Origin: Ignavibacteriota bacterium
GTDB lineage: Bacteria > Bacteroidota > Ignavibacteria > UBA10030
DNA length: 64,000 nucleotides
Reading direction: 5' to 3'
Assembly (NCBI GenBank): GCA_963701295.1
Contig: OY969585.1
Location: 32,001 to 96,000 of the forward strand
A program made the position numbers and the translations under genes. The notes below the pieces were generated by a model. It made no database searches. It was not told the origin of the DNA and saw only the letters and a program-made list of their open reading frames with translations. Positions 20,569 to 31,017 of this stretch are shown piece after piece (the first letter of the stretch is position 1; every line of letters starts with the position of its first letter).

Positions 20569-22017
20569 ATGAATAAGATACGATTGTACATCCTGACGAC
20601 TGTAATCTTCACACAGATTTCTTTTGGGCAGCAGCAAAGCAATTACTCCGCGCAGCAAGTGAAAGAAGATTTCAAATACTTATATAAAACTCTCGAAGCT
20701 TCTCATTATGATCTTTACGCAAATACTAAAAAAGAAGTGTTCGATAAGGAATATGAAAGAATCACGGAATCGATTGCAGATTCACTCACACCGCTTCAAA
20801 TAGACAGACTGTTTCTACAGTTTATTGCCCTCTCAAAAGAGGGTCATTGCTCTATCGACTTACCTTTTAGCAGCTATGGCCATTACCTTCAAAATGGAGG
20901 AACATTATTTCCACTCAACGTTTTTTTTAAGAACAGCCGGGTTTTTGTCCTTGACAACTTTTCACCCGATTCTTCAATTATAGCCGGTGATGAAATTGTA
21001 TCCTTAAACGGGGAGCCAATAAATGATTTTATGAAGAATATATTCAAGTACCTCCCCGGTGAAAACGATTATTTTAAACACAACACAATTGAAGCAATCT
21101 CATTTCCCCGTGTTTTATGGATAGTAAACGATGAAAACAAAAATTATGAAGTAGGAATTAAAAAACAAGATGGAAAGCAAATACATATCAATATATCATC
21201 GATTCCAGGTTATACGTTTGAAGGAATGATGGCTAAAAGAAAACCTTTACCTTTCTCAAATCAGTCAAGAGATTTTCATTATATAGATGATATTGCATAT
21301 TTATGCCCGGGGCAATTTTATAAAGGACCAAAATTTAGCGGCGGCTCAATAAAAATAAATAGTGACGTGCTCGACAATACAGAATTCGTTCATTTCCTGG
21401 ATTCATGTTTTACCATAATTCACAATAAACACACATATAACCTGATCATTGACTTACGGGGAAATCCAGGTGGAGCTAGTACCTTTAGCAATCCTATGGT
21501 TGCCTTTTTTGCCACCAAACCGTTTATTGGCGCCTCAAAATTCTATATGAGAACCAGCGAGATTAGTAAAAATTTTTGGAAAGGTGTCAGTGATACTTCC
21601 GAACTTTCCGTGGTTAAAAAAGAAATACTGTCAAAGGAAAATGGCGTCCGGTTTGAAATCGAGGTATCTAAATACGAATATCAACCTCGTACTGATTCTT
21701 TAAAATTTAAAGGTAATGTTTATGTTTTGATAAATCGTTTTAGCGGTTCCCAGGCAATTGAAGTGCCCGCAATGATACAGCATTATGGATTTGGGAAATT
21801 AATAGGCGAACAAACTGCACCATTAACCGATGCCAATGCACGACAATTCAAACTGCCCAACACGCAATTAACAGTTATGTTTCCGGAAGCATTTTATGGT
21901 GATACTTCAATGGCAAATGGAGTTATCCCGAACTATGTAATAAACGATGATGTGTTAACTGAAAAAGATGAGATACTAGATTACACTCTGCAACTGATCA
22001 AAGAGAATAAATATTAA
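20569..22017 (+). CDS. S41 family peptidase with PDZ-like domain
   Basis: Signal peptide, GDEIVSLNG, LIIDLRGNPGG, LIGEQT, GVIPN. Confidence 0.85.
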   Translation: MNKIRLYILTTVIFTQISFGQQQSNYSAQQVKEDFKYLYKTLEASHYDLYANTKKEVFDKEYERITESIADSLTPLQIDRLFLQFIALSKEGHCSIDLPFSSYGHYLQNGGTLFPLNVFFKNSRVFVLDNFSPDSSIIAGDEIVSLNGEPINDFMKNIFKYLPGENDYFKHNTIEAISFPRVLWIVNDENKNYEVGIKKQDGKQIHINISSIPGYTFEGMMAKRKPLPFSNQSRDFHYIDDIAYLCPGQFYKGPKFSGGSIKINSDVLDNTEFVHFLDSCFTIIHNKHTYNLIIDLRGNPGGASTFSNPMVAFFATKPFIGASKFYMRTSEISKNFWKGVSDTSELSVVKKEILSKENGVRFEIEVSKYEYQPRTDSLKFKGNVYVLINRFSGSQAIEVPAMIQHYGFGKLIGEQTAPLTDANARQFKLPNTQLTVMFPEAFYGDTSMANGVIPNYVINDDVLTEKDEILDYTLQLIKENKY

Positions 22018-22060
22018 GGAATAACACAAAATTATTGTGTTCTTTTAAAGGTGTTCGGCT

Positions 22061-23503
22061 TTAACTGCTTTTCAGCACAAATCGGAACGTACTCCCTTCT
22101 CCCACTGTACTTTCCACAGTTACCGAGCTGCTGTGTGCTTCAATAATATGTTTGACTATTGCAAGACCGAGTCCCGTACCGCCGAGTGCGCGTGACCGGT
22201 CGCTATCGACGCGATAAAATCGTTCGAAGATTCTTGATACGTGTTCTTGCGGAATTCCCACTCCGGTATCTTTCACACCGATCTGAATTCCATTCACAAC
22301 CTTTTCAGACGAGAGAACAACCTCGCCACCCTGTTTATTATAATTGATGGCATTGGTCAGAAGATTATTGAGAACTTGCCGCAATCGTTCACGGTCTCCG
22401 AATGCTTCATCCTCTGCGGTGGTGTTTAACACTAAGCGCAGTGTAACATGATGGTTTGCAGAGATTGTTTCATATTCCTTGTAGACCGATTCCATAAATT
22501 CATTCACACGGAAAATGCGGAAACTCATTTTCATTTCACCGGATTCGATCTGAGAGATGTTAATAAGATCTTCCAACAATGAATTCAGCCGTTCAAGATT
22601 CGTTTGTGCTTTTTCTAAAAATGAGCGATTCACGGAAGCGTCATCTATCGCACCGCCAAGAAGTGTCTCCAAGTATCCTTGCACTGCAAAAATAGGCGTG
22701 CGAAGTTCGTGCGAGACATTTCCCAGAAATTGGCTTCGTACCTGTTCTAATTTTTTCAATTGGATGATATCGGCTTTGAGTTTTTCAACAAGTTCATTGA
22801 TCGCCTTTGCCGCAAGTCCGATTTCATCATTCGACTTCACTGAAAGCCGAGCATCTAAATCACCCGCGCGAACCCGCTCTACACCGCGGACTATCTGTGT
22901 CATTGGATATGTAATGCGGCGTGAAATAAATATGCTGACGAGGATAATCGCCAACAAAACTCCAAATCCAGAAACAATCACGATAGAACGAATCTGATCG
23001 ATCTGCCTTTGCACTTGTTCGTACGGCACACTCAATCTGATATAATGAAGATTCTGAAAGAGAGAATGTCTCAGAGATTTCTTTACCTCTTTTGCCATAT
23101 ACAAAAAATCGCGATCGACTGTTGCGCTGCGCCGAATGTCGTGCCCAATGCCGGTGCGTTTCGCTTGTAGTACTTCCGGACGATCTAAATGATTCTTCAC
23201 CTCTGCAATTTCCAAAAACGGGACATCGGAGTCGGCTAATACGTTTCCAAGATCATCAATGAGAGTGATACGTAAATGTTCAAGACCGCCGACTTGTTTA
23301 ACCTGTTCATCCACTTGTGAGAATGATCGTGTTGAATCTTCTTGCAGGATGTAAAAAACTAAGTCCGCCTGCCGACTCAGTTCGTTCACTAAGCGATCTT
23401 TGAAAAAAGATTCCATCCAAAAACTGGTGAGTATTCCGAGACTTGCAACTATCAACACAGCAAGCACGACATATGTCACGGTAATTTTTGTTTGTATTTT
23501 CAT
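22061..23503 (-). CDS. phoR: PhoR-like HAMP sensor histidine kinase
   Basis: Two TMs, NHLDRPEV periplasmic motif, NVSHELRTP, FERFYRVD..RSR..GGTGLGLAIVKHI. Confidence 0.85.
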   Translation of the reverse strand: MKIQTKITVTYVVLAVLIVASLGILTSFWMESFFKDRLVNELSRQADLVFYILQEDSTRSFSQVDEQVKQVGGLEHLRITLIDDLGNVLADSDVPFLEIAEVKNHLDRPEVLQAKRTGIGHDIRRSATVDRDFLYMAKEVKKSLRHSLFQNLHYIRLSVPYEQVQRQIDQIRSIVIVSGFGVLLAIILVSIFISRRITYPMTQIVRGVERVRAGDLDARLSVKSNDEIGLAAKAINELVEKLKADIIQLKKLEQVRSQFLGNVSHELRTPIFAVQGYLETLLGGAIDDASVNRSFLEKAQTNLERLNSLLEDLINISQIESGEMKMSFRIFRVNEFMESVYKEYETISANHHVTLRLVLNTTAEDEAFGDRERLRQVLNNLLTNAINYNKQGGEVVLSSEKVVNGIQIGVKDTGVGIPQEHVSRIFERFYRVDSDRSRALGGTGLGLAIVKHIIEAHSSSVTVESTVGEGSTFRFVLKSS

Positions 23504-23506
23504 GAA

Positions 23507-24196
23507 TTATGCCTTAAATCGATACCCTACACCTGGTACAGTCTCAATATAATCAGCATACGTATTAAGTTTTTCCCTGATCTTTCGAATATGTACATCG
23601 ACCGTTCTATCCACAACATGAACATTCTCTCCCCAGACTGCATTCAGAATGGATTCCCGTGAAAGCACTCTGCCCTTATTGCGAATGAGATGTACAAGCG
23701 TTTCAAATTCTTTCCTCGGGAGTATGAGCTTTTGTTTTCCAAGATGCGCTGTGTAACTGGAAACGTTAATTTCTAATTCCTTTATTTTGATCAGATCGAC
23801 TTGAGGCATTACTTCTTTTGCGGATTGTTCTTTCCGCCGAAGTGCGGCGTGTACTCGAGCAACGATCTTGCCAATTTTTACAGGTTTTACAATATAGTCA
23901 TCTGCCCCCACTTCCAGTCCGACTATTTCATCGGTCTCCGATCCTTTTGCTGTGAGCAAAATGACTGGAATGGAAGCGATGCTTTTCTCCTTTCTTAGTT
24001 CTTGGATCACCTGCAGCCCATTCATCTCAGGCATCATCACATCCAGTATAATCAAGTCTGGTTTCTGCCGAGCGCGGTCAAGGGCATCGCGCCCGTTGCG
24101 GGCTGTAATTACCGAAAATCCTTCCTTAGTAAGATTATAGGATAAGAGGTCGACAATGTCTTTTTCGTCATCAACAACAAGTATAGTTTTTTTCAT
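23507..24196 (-). CDS. phoB: PhoB/PhoP-like OmpR response regulator (copy 1, paired with kinase)
   Basis: VVDD, LDVMMP, KP, DRTVDVHIRKIREKL, GVGYRF. Confidence 0.85.
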   Translation of the reverse strand: MKKTILVVDDEKDIVDLLSYNLTKEGFSVITARNGRDALDRARQKPDLIILDVMMPEMNGLQVIQELRKEKSIASIPVILLTAKGSETDEIVGLEVGADDYIVKPVKIGKIVARVHAALRRKEQSAKEVMPQVDLIKIKELEINVSSYTAHLGKQKLILPRKEFETLVHLIRNKGRVLSRESILNAVWGENVHVVDRTVDVHIRKIREKLNTYADYIETVPGVGYRFKA

Positions 24197-24230
24197 AAGG
24201 GATATCAGCCCGGCTTATTGTACCACCTCT

Positions 24231-24259
24231 AATATAGAGGACGAAGTAATCTATTTCAA
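24231..24259 (-). promoter_or_regulatory. Sigma70-type promoter of phoB1-phoR
   Basis: TTGAAA-N17-TATATT; same hexamers as before phoB copy 2. Confidence 0.65.
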
Positions 24260-24386
24260 GTTACAATATCTTTATAAGATGTAAAAAATCAATCATCCTT
24301 GCGGGTTGAGAACGTGAATCGTAAATTGTAAATAAGCGAATTCTAAGCATCTACTTGAGATTAGCACTACATAAAGGAAATCACTT

Positions 24387-26909
24387 ATGAAACATCGATT
24401 TCTCTTCCTTTCTCTCATCTTTTTTATCTTTCAACCAACACGAGCTCAAACGACAGATCCGCGCGATGCCGCCGAAATCAGACTCGCCTTGAAAAAACTC
24501 ACCGTGTTAGGATCTATTCTTTACATCGCCGCCCACCCTGATGATGAGAATACAGCGTTACTTGCTACTCTGGTACAGGATCGGTGCTACCGAACCGCTT
24601 ATTTATCAATTACTCGGGGTGAAGGAGGTCAAAATATTCTTGGTTCTGAGCAGGGAGAAATGTTAGGATTAATTCGAACACAAGAATTGCTTGCTGCGCG
24701 AAGAATCGACGGTGCCGAACAATACTTCACAAGTGCAATTGACTTCGGTTTCTCCAAAACCTCTGAAGAGACCCTTCGCTTCTGGGGAAAAGAAAAAACT
24801 CTTGCCGATGTGGTCTGGGTCATTCGCAAGTTCAGGCCTGACGTCATCATTACACGTTTCACGCCGATATTAGGAGGGCACGGAAATCACACAGCTTCTG
24901 CAATACTTGCGGAAGAAGCATTTCGTGCTGCGGCAGATCCATCTCGTTTCCCAGAACAGTTACAATATGTTGCACCATGGCAAGCGAAAAGAATTCTTTT
25001 CAATATATTCCGCCAACCGCAGAGTGACCAAAATCCAAAAACCGCGCCTCTTGTAACTTTGGACGTTGGAGCGTATTCACCTTTGCTCGGAAAATCATTT
25101 ACAGAAATTGCCGGCGAAAGTCGGAGCATGCATAAAAGTCAAGGAATGGGCGCAAGCCAGAATCGTGGTGAGTCTCTCAATTACTTTCAACACATTGCTG
25201 GGGATACAGCAAAGAAAGATCTTTTCGATGGAATCGATATTGGATGGTCAAGAATTAAAAACGCTACTAGCGTTGGAAAAATTCTTGATGAAACATATCG
25301 GACGTTTGACGATGTAACACCCGCTCGATCTATCCCGCTGCTTTTCAAAGCGTTGAATCAACTTAATGCAATTGCACAAGATTCATGGGTCAATATTAAA
25401 AAAGAAGAATTAATTCGTACGATTCTTGCATGCGCCGGACTATGGATTGACGCAACGACCGCCGATAATTCCGCAATTCCAGGAAGTGAAATAAAAATCA
25501 GCACAACAATCATCAACCGATCAGATTATCCACTTGTTCTTGATCGTATAACGCTTCCTTTTGGTGGAACCGACACATTATTCCATCTGCAACTTGTAAC
25601 AAATCAACCTGTTCGTTCAAACTTTACAGTGCTATTGCCTGAACAAATGGACTATTCTCAACCATACTGGTTGATCGATAAGCCTAACGTCGGTTCATAT
25701 AATATTTCTGACAAAAAACTGATTGGACAGCCAGAGAACACGCCTCCTATCAATGTCACTATCCAGCTCTCTTCATCGGATGGTACCTTAAAAGTCGATT
25801 TACCGTTGCGCCAGAGAGTCATAGATCCAGTAGACGGAGAGCTGCTGTGTCCCTTTGTCATTGTTCCGCCAATTACAGTCAATGTACCGGAGTTAGTTGT
25901 TCTTTTCCCGGATACATCGGAACGACGAATATATGTAACTCTCAAGAGCGAAATACCAAATACGCACGGTACAGTTCGATTGAAATTACCGGAATATTGG
26001 AGTGTTGCACCATTGCAATCTGAGTTTGAATTTCAGAATAAAGATGACGAGCAAACTTTCTCCTTCGACGCGCGTCCACTCAAAGGTGCAAAGAGCGGTA
26101 CATTCATTGCGGAAGCCAAGGTCGGAAAAACAATCATTAACCGTGGTCTGCAAACCACGCAATATAAACACATCCCGCCACAGACAATATTTTCACCTGC
26201 AGAAGGTAAACTTTTAAGAGTCGATCTAAAAATAATTGGGCAATCTGTTGGATACATTATGGGAGCGGGAGATGAAATGCCTTCTGCAATCCGACAAATG
26301 GGATATTCGGTTGTCCTTCTTTCGGATGAGGATCTTGCAGAAGGGGACCTTGACCAATACAATGTTATTGTTGCAGGAGTGAGAGCGTACAACACACGAC
26401 CAAAGCTTCGAATTCACAAACAACGTTTGATGGAGTATGTAAAACGTGGAGGAACATATATTGTCCAGTATGTCACTCTGCAAAGAAGTGAATCAGAAAA
26501 TATCGGACCGTATCCAATGAATATCTCGCGCGACCGGGTTGCAGAAGAAGACGCTCAAATCACTTTCTTGAATCGAAACCATAGAGTAGTCACAACGCCC
26601 AACAGGATTCATGAGGATGACTTCAAAAACTGGATTCAGGAACGAGGTCTTTATTTTGCAGATCGCTGGGATGCAAAGTATGACTCTGTGTTCAGTTGCC
26701 ATGATGCAAACGAACCGGATCGAGCAGGTGGTTTGCTGACAACTCAATATGGAAAAGGATACTACATATATTGCGCGTACGCATTCTTCCGACAATTGCC
26801 TGCAGGCGTGGAAGGTGCTTACCGTTTATTTGCCAATATTCTCTCACTGCAAGCTGATCATCAGCGAAGTCCTTTAGCCAAACCAGGATCAAATTATCGT
26901 CGAAAGTAG
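24387..26909 (+). CDS. PIG-L/LmbE family deacetylase with Ig-like and glutamine-amidotransferase-like domains
   Basis: Signal peptide, AHPDDE, RTQELLAARRIDG, HGNH, GYIMGAGD. Confidence 0.9.
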   Translation: MKHRFLFLSLIFFIFQPTRAQTTDPRDAAEIRLALKKLTVLGSILYIAAHPDDENTALLATLVQDRCYRTAYLSITRGEGGQNILGSEQGEMLGLIRTQELLAARRIDGAEQYFTSAIDFGFSKTSEETLRFWGKEKTLADVVWVIRKFRPDVIITRFTPILGGHGNHTASAILAEEAFRAAADPSRFPEQLQYVAPWQAKRILFNIFRQPQSDQNPKTAPLVTLDVGAYSPLLGKSFTEIAGESRSMHKSQGMGASQNRGESLNYFQHIAGDTAKKDLFDGIDIGWSRIKNATSVGKILDETYRTFDDVTPARSIPLLFKALNQLNAIAQDSWVNIKKEELIRTILACAGLWIDATTADNSAIPGSEIKISTTIINRSDYPLVLDRITLPFGGTDTLFHLQLVTNQPVRSNFTVLLPEQMDYSQPYWLIDKPNVGSYNISDKKLIGQPENTPPINVTIQLSSSDGTLKVDLPLRQRVIDPVDGELLCPFVIVPPITVNVPELVVLFPDTSERRIYVTLKSEIPNTHGTVRLKLPEYWSVAPLQSEFEFQNKDDEQTFSFDARPLKGAKSGTFIAEAKVGKTIINRGLQTTQYKHIPPQTIFSPAEGKLLRVDLKIIGQSVGYIMGAGDEMPSAIRQMGYSVVLLSDEDLAEGDLDQYNVIVAGVRAYNTRPKLRIHKQRLMEYVKRGGTYIVQYVTLQRSESENIGPYPMNISRDRVAEEDAQITFLNRNHRVVTTPNRIHEDDFKNWIQERGLYFADRWDAKYDSVFSCHDANEPDRAGGLLTTQYGKGYYIYCAYAFFRQLPAGVEGAYRLFANILSLQADHQRSPLAKPGSNYRRK

Positions 26910-26921
26910 ATATTCAAGGCA

Positions 26922-27089
26922 ATGCATCAAGAGCAAAACAAAAAACCAGATCAATTGAATTCTGAGGATGGCAACACTAACGAGAAGCCGCCCATCCTCG
27001 GTTCATGGAAAAACATTTATCTCGTTGTTCTTCTTAGTCTAACTGCCATAATCATTTTTCTATATTTCTTTTCTGAAGCGTTTCAATGA
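26922..27089 (+). CDS. 55-aa single-TM protein coupled to the symporter (below the ORF-track cutoff)
   Basis: MHQEQ..EKPPILGSWKNIYLVVLLSLTAIIIFLYFFSEAFQ; ATGA overlap with the symporter start. Confidence 0.75.
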   Translation: MHQEQNKKPDQLNSEDGNTNEKPPILGSWKNIYLVVLLSLTAIIIFLYFFSEAFQ

Positions 27090-28789
27090 AACTTCTCGAT
27101 TGGATTGTGCTTGCAATAACTCTCCTCTCAATCGTTCTCTATGGAACGTGGAAAGGTCGCGGAAGTCGAAACATCAAAGGTTTTCTGCTGGCAGATAGGT
27201 CGATGAAGTGGTACACAGTAGCTCTTTCGATCATGGCGACCCAAGCAAGCGCTGTGACCTTCACATCGACCCCAGGTCAAGCATATGTAGATGGAATGCG
27301 ATTTGTTCAGTTCTATTTCGGTTTGCCAATTGCAATGGTAATTCTTTGCATCACTGTCGTACCAATCTTCCATAGGCTTGGAGTCTATACAGCATATGAA
27401 TATCTTGAAAAACGTTTCGATACAAAAACTAGAGTCTTGACAACTCTGATCTTTCTTGTCTCACGAGGACTTGCTGCCGGTATCACTATCTATGCACCGT
27501 CACTTCTTCTTTCTGTCATGCTTGGTGTGAATATTCAAGTCACAGCTTTTATTATCGGCGGCGTTGTCATAATCTACACAACATCCGGAGGAGTCAAAGC
27601 CGTTAATTATACAGATTTTCTCCAGCTCATTATTGTGATAGCCGGAATGTGTATTGCGTTCGGTATGGCGCTTTACTTGCTTCCCAAAGAAGTTTCCTTC
27701 ACCGATGCTCTTTCTATATCTGCCGTTATGGGAAAATTGAATGCAATAGATCTCTCGCTTGATTTTAGCAATCGGTACAACGTATGGTCAGGCATGATTG
27801 GCGGTATGTTTGTCGCACTTGCATATTTCGGAACAGATCAATCACAGGTACAGCGGTATCTGACCGGCCAATCAGTCTCGCAAAGTCGTCTCGCGCTCTT
27901 ATTCAACGGCTTGGCAAAAGTGCCGATGCAATTCTTTATCCTATTCATTGGAGTTATGGTATTCGTATTTTTCCAATTTGTTCAACCTCCATTGATATTT
28001 AACCCGGTTGAGGCAGGAAAAGTAAAAGAACAAACTCAAGTTTTCCATCAATTAGAAGAGAAGCATAAGAAGTTATTTCTGGAAAAATCGGAAGTGATAC
28101 ATGAATACCTTAATGCCAAACATCAGCATAATGAAAAAATAATTCTAGAGAAGAAAACAGATTTGCAGCAAATCCAGCAGCGATACGATGCTGTCCGTAA
28201 AGAAGCCTCCAACCTCAGTGCAACTCATGAGAATGAATCCAATTCAAGTGACACAAATTTTATTTTCTTGACATTTGTGTTCACGTACTTACCTGCGGGA
28301 TTAGTAGGATTAATTTTTGCATGCATTTTCACAGCGTCTATGTCTTCATCATCTGGCGAGTTAAGCGCTTTGGCGACAATCTCAATTATTGATATATATA
28401 AACGGTTCATCAAGCGCGAAGCAAGTGAAAAGCATTATCTCGTGGTCTCACGAATTATGATGGCATTCTGGGGTTTGTACGGAATTATGTTCGCACAATA
28501 CGCGGGCAAAATGGGATCTCTGGTAGAGGCAGTAAACATTCTTGGTTCATTATTTTACGGAACAATGCTCGGCATATTTGTTCTTGCGTTCTCTTTCAAG
28601 TCGGTAAGAGGAACATCTGTCTTCATTGGTGCCTTGACCGGTGAGGCCGTAGTTTTATATTGCTTTCAATTCACATCCGTCGCCTGGTTATGGTATAATG
28701 TTATTGGATGTTTTGTTGTGGTGGGTGTTGGAATAATTCTTTCTGCTTTCAAGAAAAACAGAGCCATTCAGAGTCTGACATCATCGTAG
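27086..28789 (+). CDS. Sodium:solute symporter
   Basis: SIMATQASA, AYEYLEKRFD, YFGTDQSQVQRYL, many TMs. Confidence 0.93.
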   Translation: MKLLDWIVLAITLLSIVLYGTWKGRGSRNIKGFLLADRSMKWYTVALSIMATQASAVTFTSTPGQAYVDGMRFVQFYFGLPIAMVILCITVVPIFHRLGVYTAYEYLEKRFDTKTRVLTTLIFLVSRGLAAGITIYAPSLLLSVMLGVNIQVTAFIIGGVVIIYTTSGGVKAVNYTDFLQLIIVIAGMCIAFGMALYLLPKEVSFTDALSISAVMGKLNAIDLSLDFSNRYNVWSGMIGGMFVALAYFGTDQSQVQRYLTGQSVSQSRLALLFNGLAKVPMQFFILFIGVMVFVFFQFVQPPLIFNPVEAGKVKEQTQVFHQLEEKHKKLFLEKSEVIHEYLNAKHQHNEKIILEKKTDLQQIQQRYDAVRKEASNLSATHENESNSSDTNFIFLTFVFTYLPAGLVGLIFACIFTASMSSSSGELSALATISIIDIYKRFIKREASEKHYLVVSRIMMAFWGLYGIMFAQYAGKMGSLVEAVNILGSLFYGTMLGIFVLAFSFKSVRGTSVFIGALTGEAVVLYCFQFTSVAWLWYNVIGCFVVVGVGIILSAFKKNRAIQSLTSS

Positions 28790-28821
28790 CCATTTCGGAA
28801 AGAAGTTTTTCAACTAGATAT

Positions 28822-28859
28822 AAAAACGCCTTCCTAAAAAAGTGATTTCCTGGAAGGCG
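28822..28859 (-). terminator. Probable terminator between convergent genes
   Basis: CGCCTTCC/GGAAGGCG stem with T5 tail on the minus strand. Confidence 0.6.
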
Positions 28860-28878
28860 CCTGTTCAAATCTTCATTC

Positions 28879-29709
28879 TTACTTCTTTGATTTCCAATCA
28901 ACAATCATCTTTTCAAGCATAGTTGTATTTGCCTTTGGATCCTTTGCCTTTGCAACCTTAACAGCTTCTTCGGCTATCGGAATTGCATCATTGACTTTAC
29001 CCAATTGTGCAAGAAGCTCAGCTTTGGTCTGGAGATTGCGTTCATTCTTCTCAATCATGATAGAGCGCTCAGCCCAACTAAGCCCTTCCTCAATGTACAT
29101 TTTATTATCTAATGCAAACCGTGCCGCGCCATTGAGCAATTGCCATGTTCCAACGGATGATTGAATTTTTGCGAGTACATTGAACTCGATCTTAAAACTT
29201 AATCGGATTTTTTCCCATGCAAGTACAATACGGGCAGATGCTGGAGCCAAATCGGTAAAACTAAAAGACATCCATTCTTCCAGCGGCCCTTCTTCTGGTT
29301 TTACCAATATCTTGAGTGAATCATACTTCGCATCATATACAGTCCCCCAATTCTTGATCTCTGAGTTGAATATCAACGACCAGTCTCCTGTCTTTGACGG
29401 AATTACTACAAACCGATATGTTCCCGCACCGAGTTTCTTTCCTCCGATGGTTACATCATCACTAAAAGTAAATAGAGTTGGCTCGTTAGCGCCTGCACGC
29501 CAAACTTCGTCATACTTTAGAAGATTGCCCCAAACTTCACGCCCTTTTACACCCGGCCGATGATAAGAAATTGACACTTCACTTAAGCCAATAATCTGAG
29601 AGACTTTAGCTCCCTGGCTAATCCTTGGCACGCGCAATTGTGTTTGTCCGTTCATCAATGTAACAATGAAAGCAGCGGCAAGCAGCATAGAAAAAGTTTT
29701 TTTAACCAT
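28879..29709 (-). CDS. DUF2911 domain protein with C-terminal TPR
   Basis: SYHRPGVKGR, VWRAGANE, GTY, C-terminal TPR-like helices. Confidence 0.85.
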   Translation of the reverse strand: MVKKTFSMLLAAAFIVTLMNGQTQLRVPRISQGAKVSQIIGLSEVSISYHRPGVKGREVWGNLLKYDEVWRAGANEPTLFTFSDDVTIGGKKLGAGTYRFVVIPSKTGDWSLIFNSEIKNWGTVYDAKYDSLKILVKPEEGPLEEWMSFSFTDLAPASARIVLAWEKIRLSFKIEFNVLAKIQSSVGTWQLLNGAARFALDNKMYIEEGLSWAERSIMIEKNERNLQTKAELLAQLGKVNDAIPIAEEAVKVAKAKDPKANTTMLEKMIVDWKSKK

Positions 29710-29937
29710 ATGACATCTCCTTTAGATTAGTATGAGATTGAAACACAAACTATAACAATCATAACAATCAAACGATTCCCATTTTTTAAGGAATTTGATA
29801 AATAAAGTCTGCTCTATTGAGGATTTCCACAAAACCCAAGCTGTAAGTTATACGAATTAGCATTAATTCCAATACGGCTTCGTTGTCCATTAATAGCTCA
29901 TATAAGAAGAGAGTCATTCGCCTTGAGGGCTGTCTTT

Positions 29938-30627
29938 CTATGCCTTGAATCGATATCCCACGCCGGGAACAGTCTCAATATACTCTGCACAGGTGCCAAG
30001 CTTCTCACGAATCTTTCGGATATGAACATCAACTGTCCTATCCACAACATGAACATTTTCCCCCCAGACTGCATTAAGAATGGATTCCCGCGAAAGCACT
30101 CTTCCTTTATTGCGGATGAGATACACAAGGGTTTCAAATTCTTTCCTCGGGAGCGTAAGTTTTTGTTTCCCAAGATGCGCCGTGTAGCTTGCAACGTTAA
30201 TTTCCAAATCCCTTAGTTTTATAATATCGTCTTGAGCCAATGTTTCTTTGGCGGATAGTTCTTTTCTGCGAAGCGCGGCATGCACACGTGCAACGATCTT
30301 TCCAATCTTGACAGGCTTTACGATGTAATCGTCTGCACCGACTTCTAGCCCTACAATTTCGTCTGTCTCCGATCCCTTCGCTGTAAGAAAAAGCACGGGA
30401 ATAGTTGCTGTTTTCTTTTCCTTTTTCAGCTCCTGGATAACTTGAAGCCCATTCATCTCGGGCATCATCACATCGAGAATAATCAGATCCGGTTTCTGTT
30501 TTGCATGGTCCAAAGCATCACGGCCATTACGAGCTGTAATAACAGAGAAGCCTTCTTTCGCAAGATTATAGGATAAGAGATCGACGATGTCTTTTTCGTC
30601 ATCAACGACAAGTATCGTTTTCTTCAT
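29938..30627 (-). CDS. phoB: PhoB/PhoP-like response regulator (copy 2, orphan)
   Basis: About 24 differences in 229 aa from copy 1 by manual count; identical recognition helix. Confidence 0.85.
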   Translation of the reverse strand: MKKTILVVDDEKDIVDLLSYNLAKEGFSVITARNGRDALDHAKQKPDLIILDVMMPEMNGLQVIQELKKEKKTATIPVLFLTAKGSETDEIVGLEVGADDYIVKPVKIGKIVARVHAALRRKELSAKETLAQDDIIKLRDLEINVASYTAHLGKQKLTLPRKEFETLVYLIRNKGRVLSRESILNAVWGENVHVVDRTVDVHIRKIREKLGTCAEYIETVPGVGYRFKA

Positions 30628-30656
30628 AAGACTCTGAATATTATTAAACCATTGAT

Positions 30657-30685
30657 AATATAGATGAGTATATCTCCTCTTTCAA
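30657..30685 (-). promoter_or_regulatory. Sigma70-type promoter of phoB copy 2
   Basis: TTGAAA-N17-TATATT. Confidence 0.65.
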
Positions 30686-30710
30686 GTAGTTTGCAAAAAG
30701 GCTCCATTTT

Positions 30711-30765
30711 TTTAATAAATATTTAACAATTCGTTAATACCTATCCTTTTAATTCTGTTTAACTT
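30711..30765 (+). promoter_or_regulatory. Pho-box-type promoter
   Basis: tTTAATAaata tTTAACAattc gTTAATAccta, a degenerate fourth unit, 5 bp, TAACTT. Confidence 0.65.
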
Positions 30766-30786
30766 GATAACGATAAATTAACAGTT

Positions 30787-30987
30787 ATGCCTATAGACGA
30801 TCAAGTAAACAACAAATCAGAAGAATATTCTTCGTTTTTCTTACAATTAGTAAACAAACATCTCCCTAGTGATGATGCTTATGAAGAAGAACGGTCTATG
30901 GGCACAAAAGAATTCATTCTTTGGTTAGTTGGGATAACATCTGGACTTTTTTTTCTCCGAGCCATCTTTTCTCTCCTCTTTCAATAA
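30787..30987 (+). CDS. Small hypothetical protein with C-terminal TM helix
   Basis: 66-aa ORF directly after a Pho-type promoter. Confidence 0.55.
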   Translation: MPIDDQVNNKSEEYSSFFLQLVNKHLPSDDAYEEERSMGTKEFILWLVGITSGLFFLRAIFSLLFQ

Positions 30988-31017
30988 TCCTGATTTTCCG
31001 CTTTCCCGCCTCCGTTT

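Noticed and set aside
8706-22017. Possible tRNA-Asn-anchored genomic island
   Set aside because: No integrase and no convincing repeat of the tRNA 3' end; only short chance matches near 13308 and 13604
24259-24291. GTTACA/TTTATA repeats upstream of phoB copy 1 as an autoregulatory Pho box
   Set aside because: Only two in-phase units and the -10 spacing does not fit; a plain sigma70 promoter explains the site
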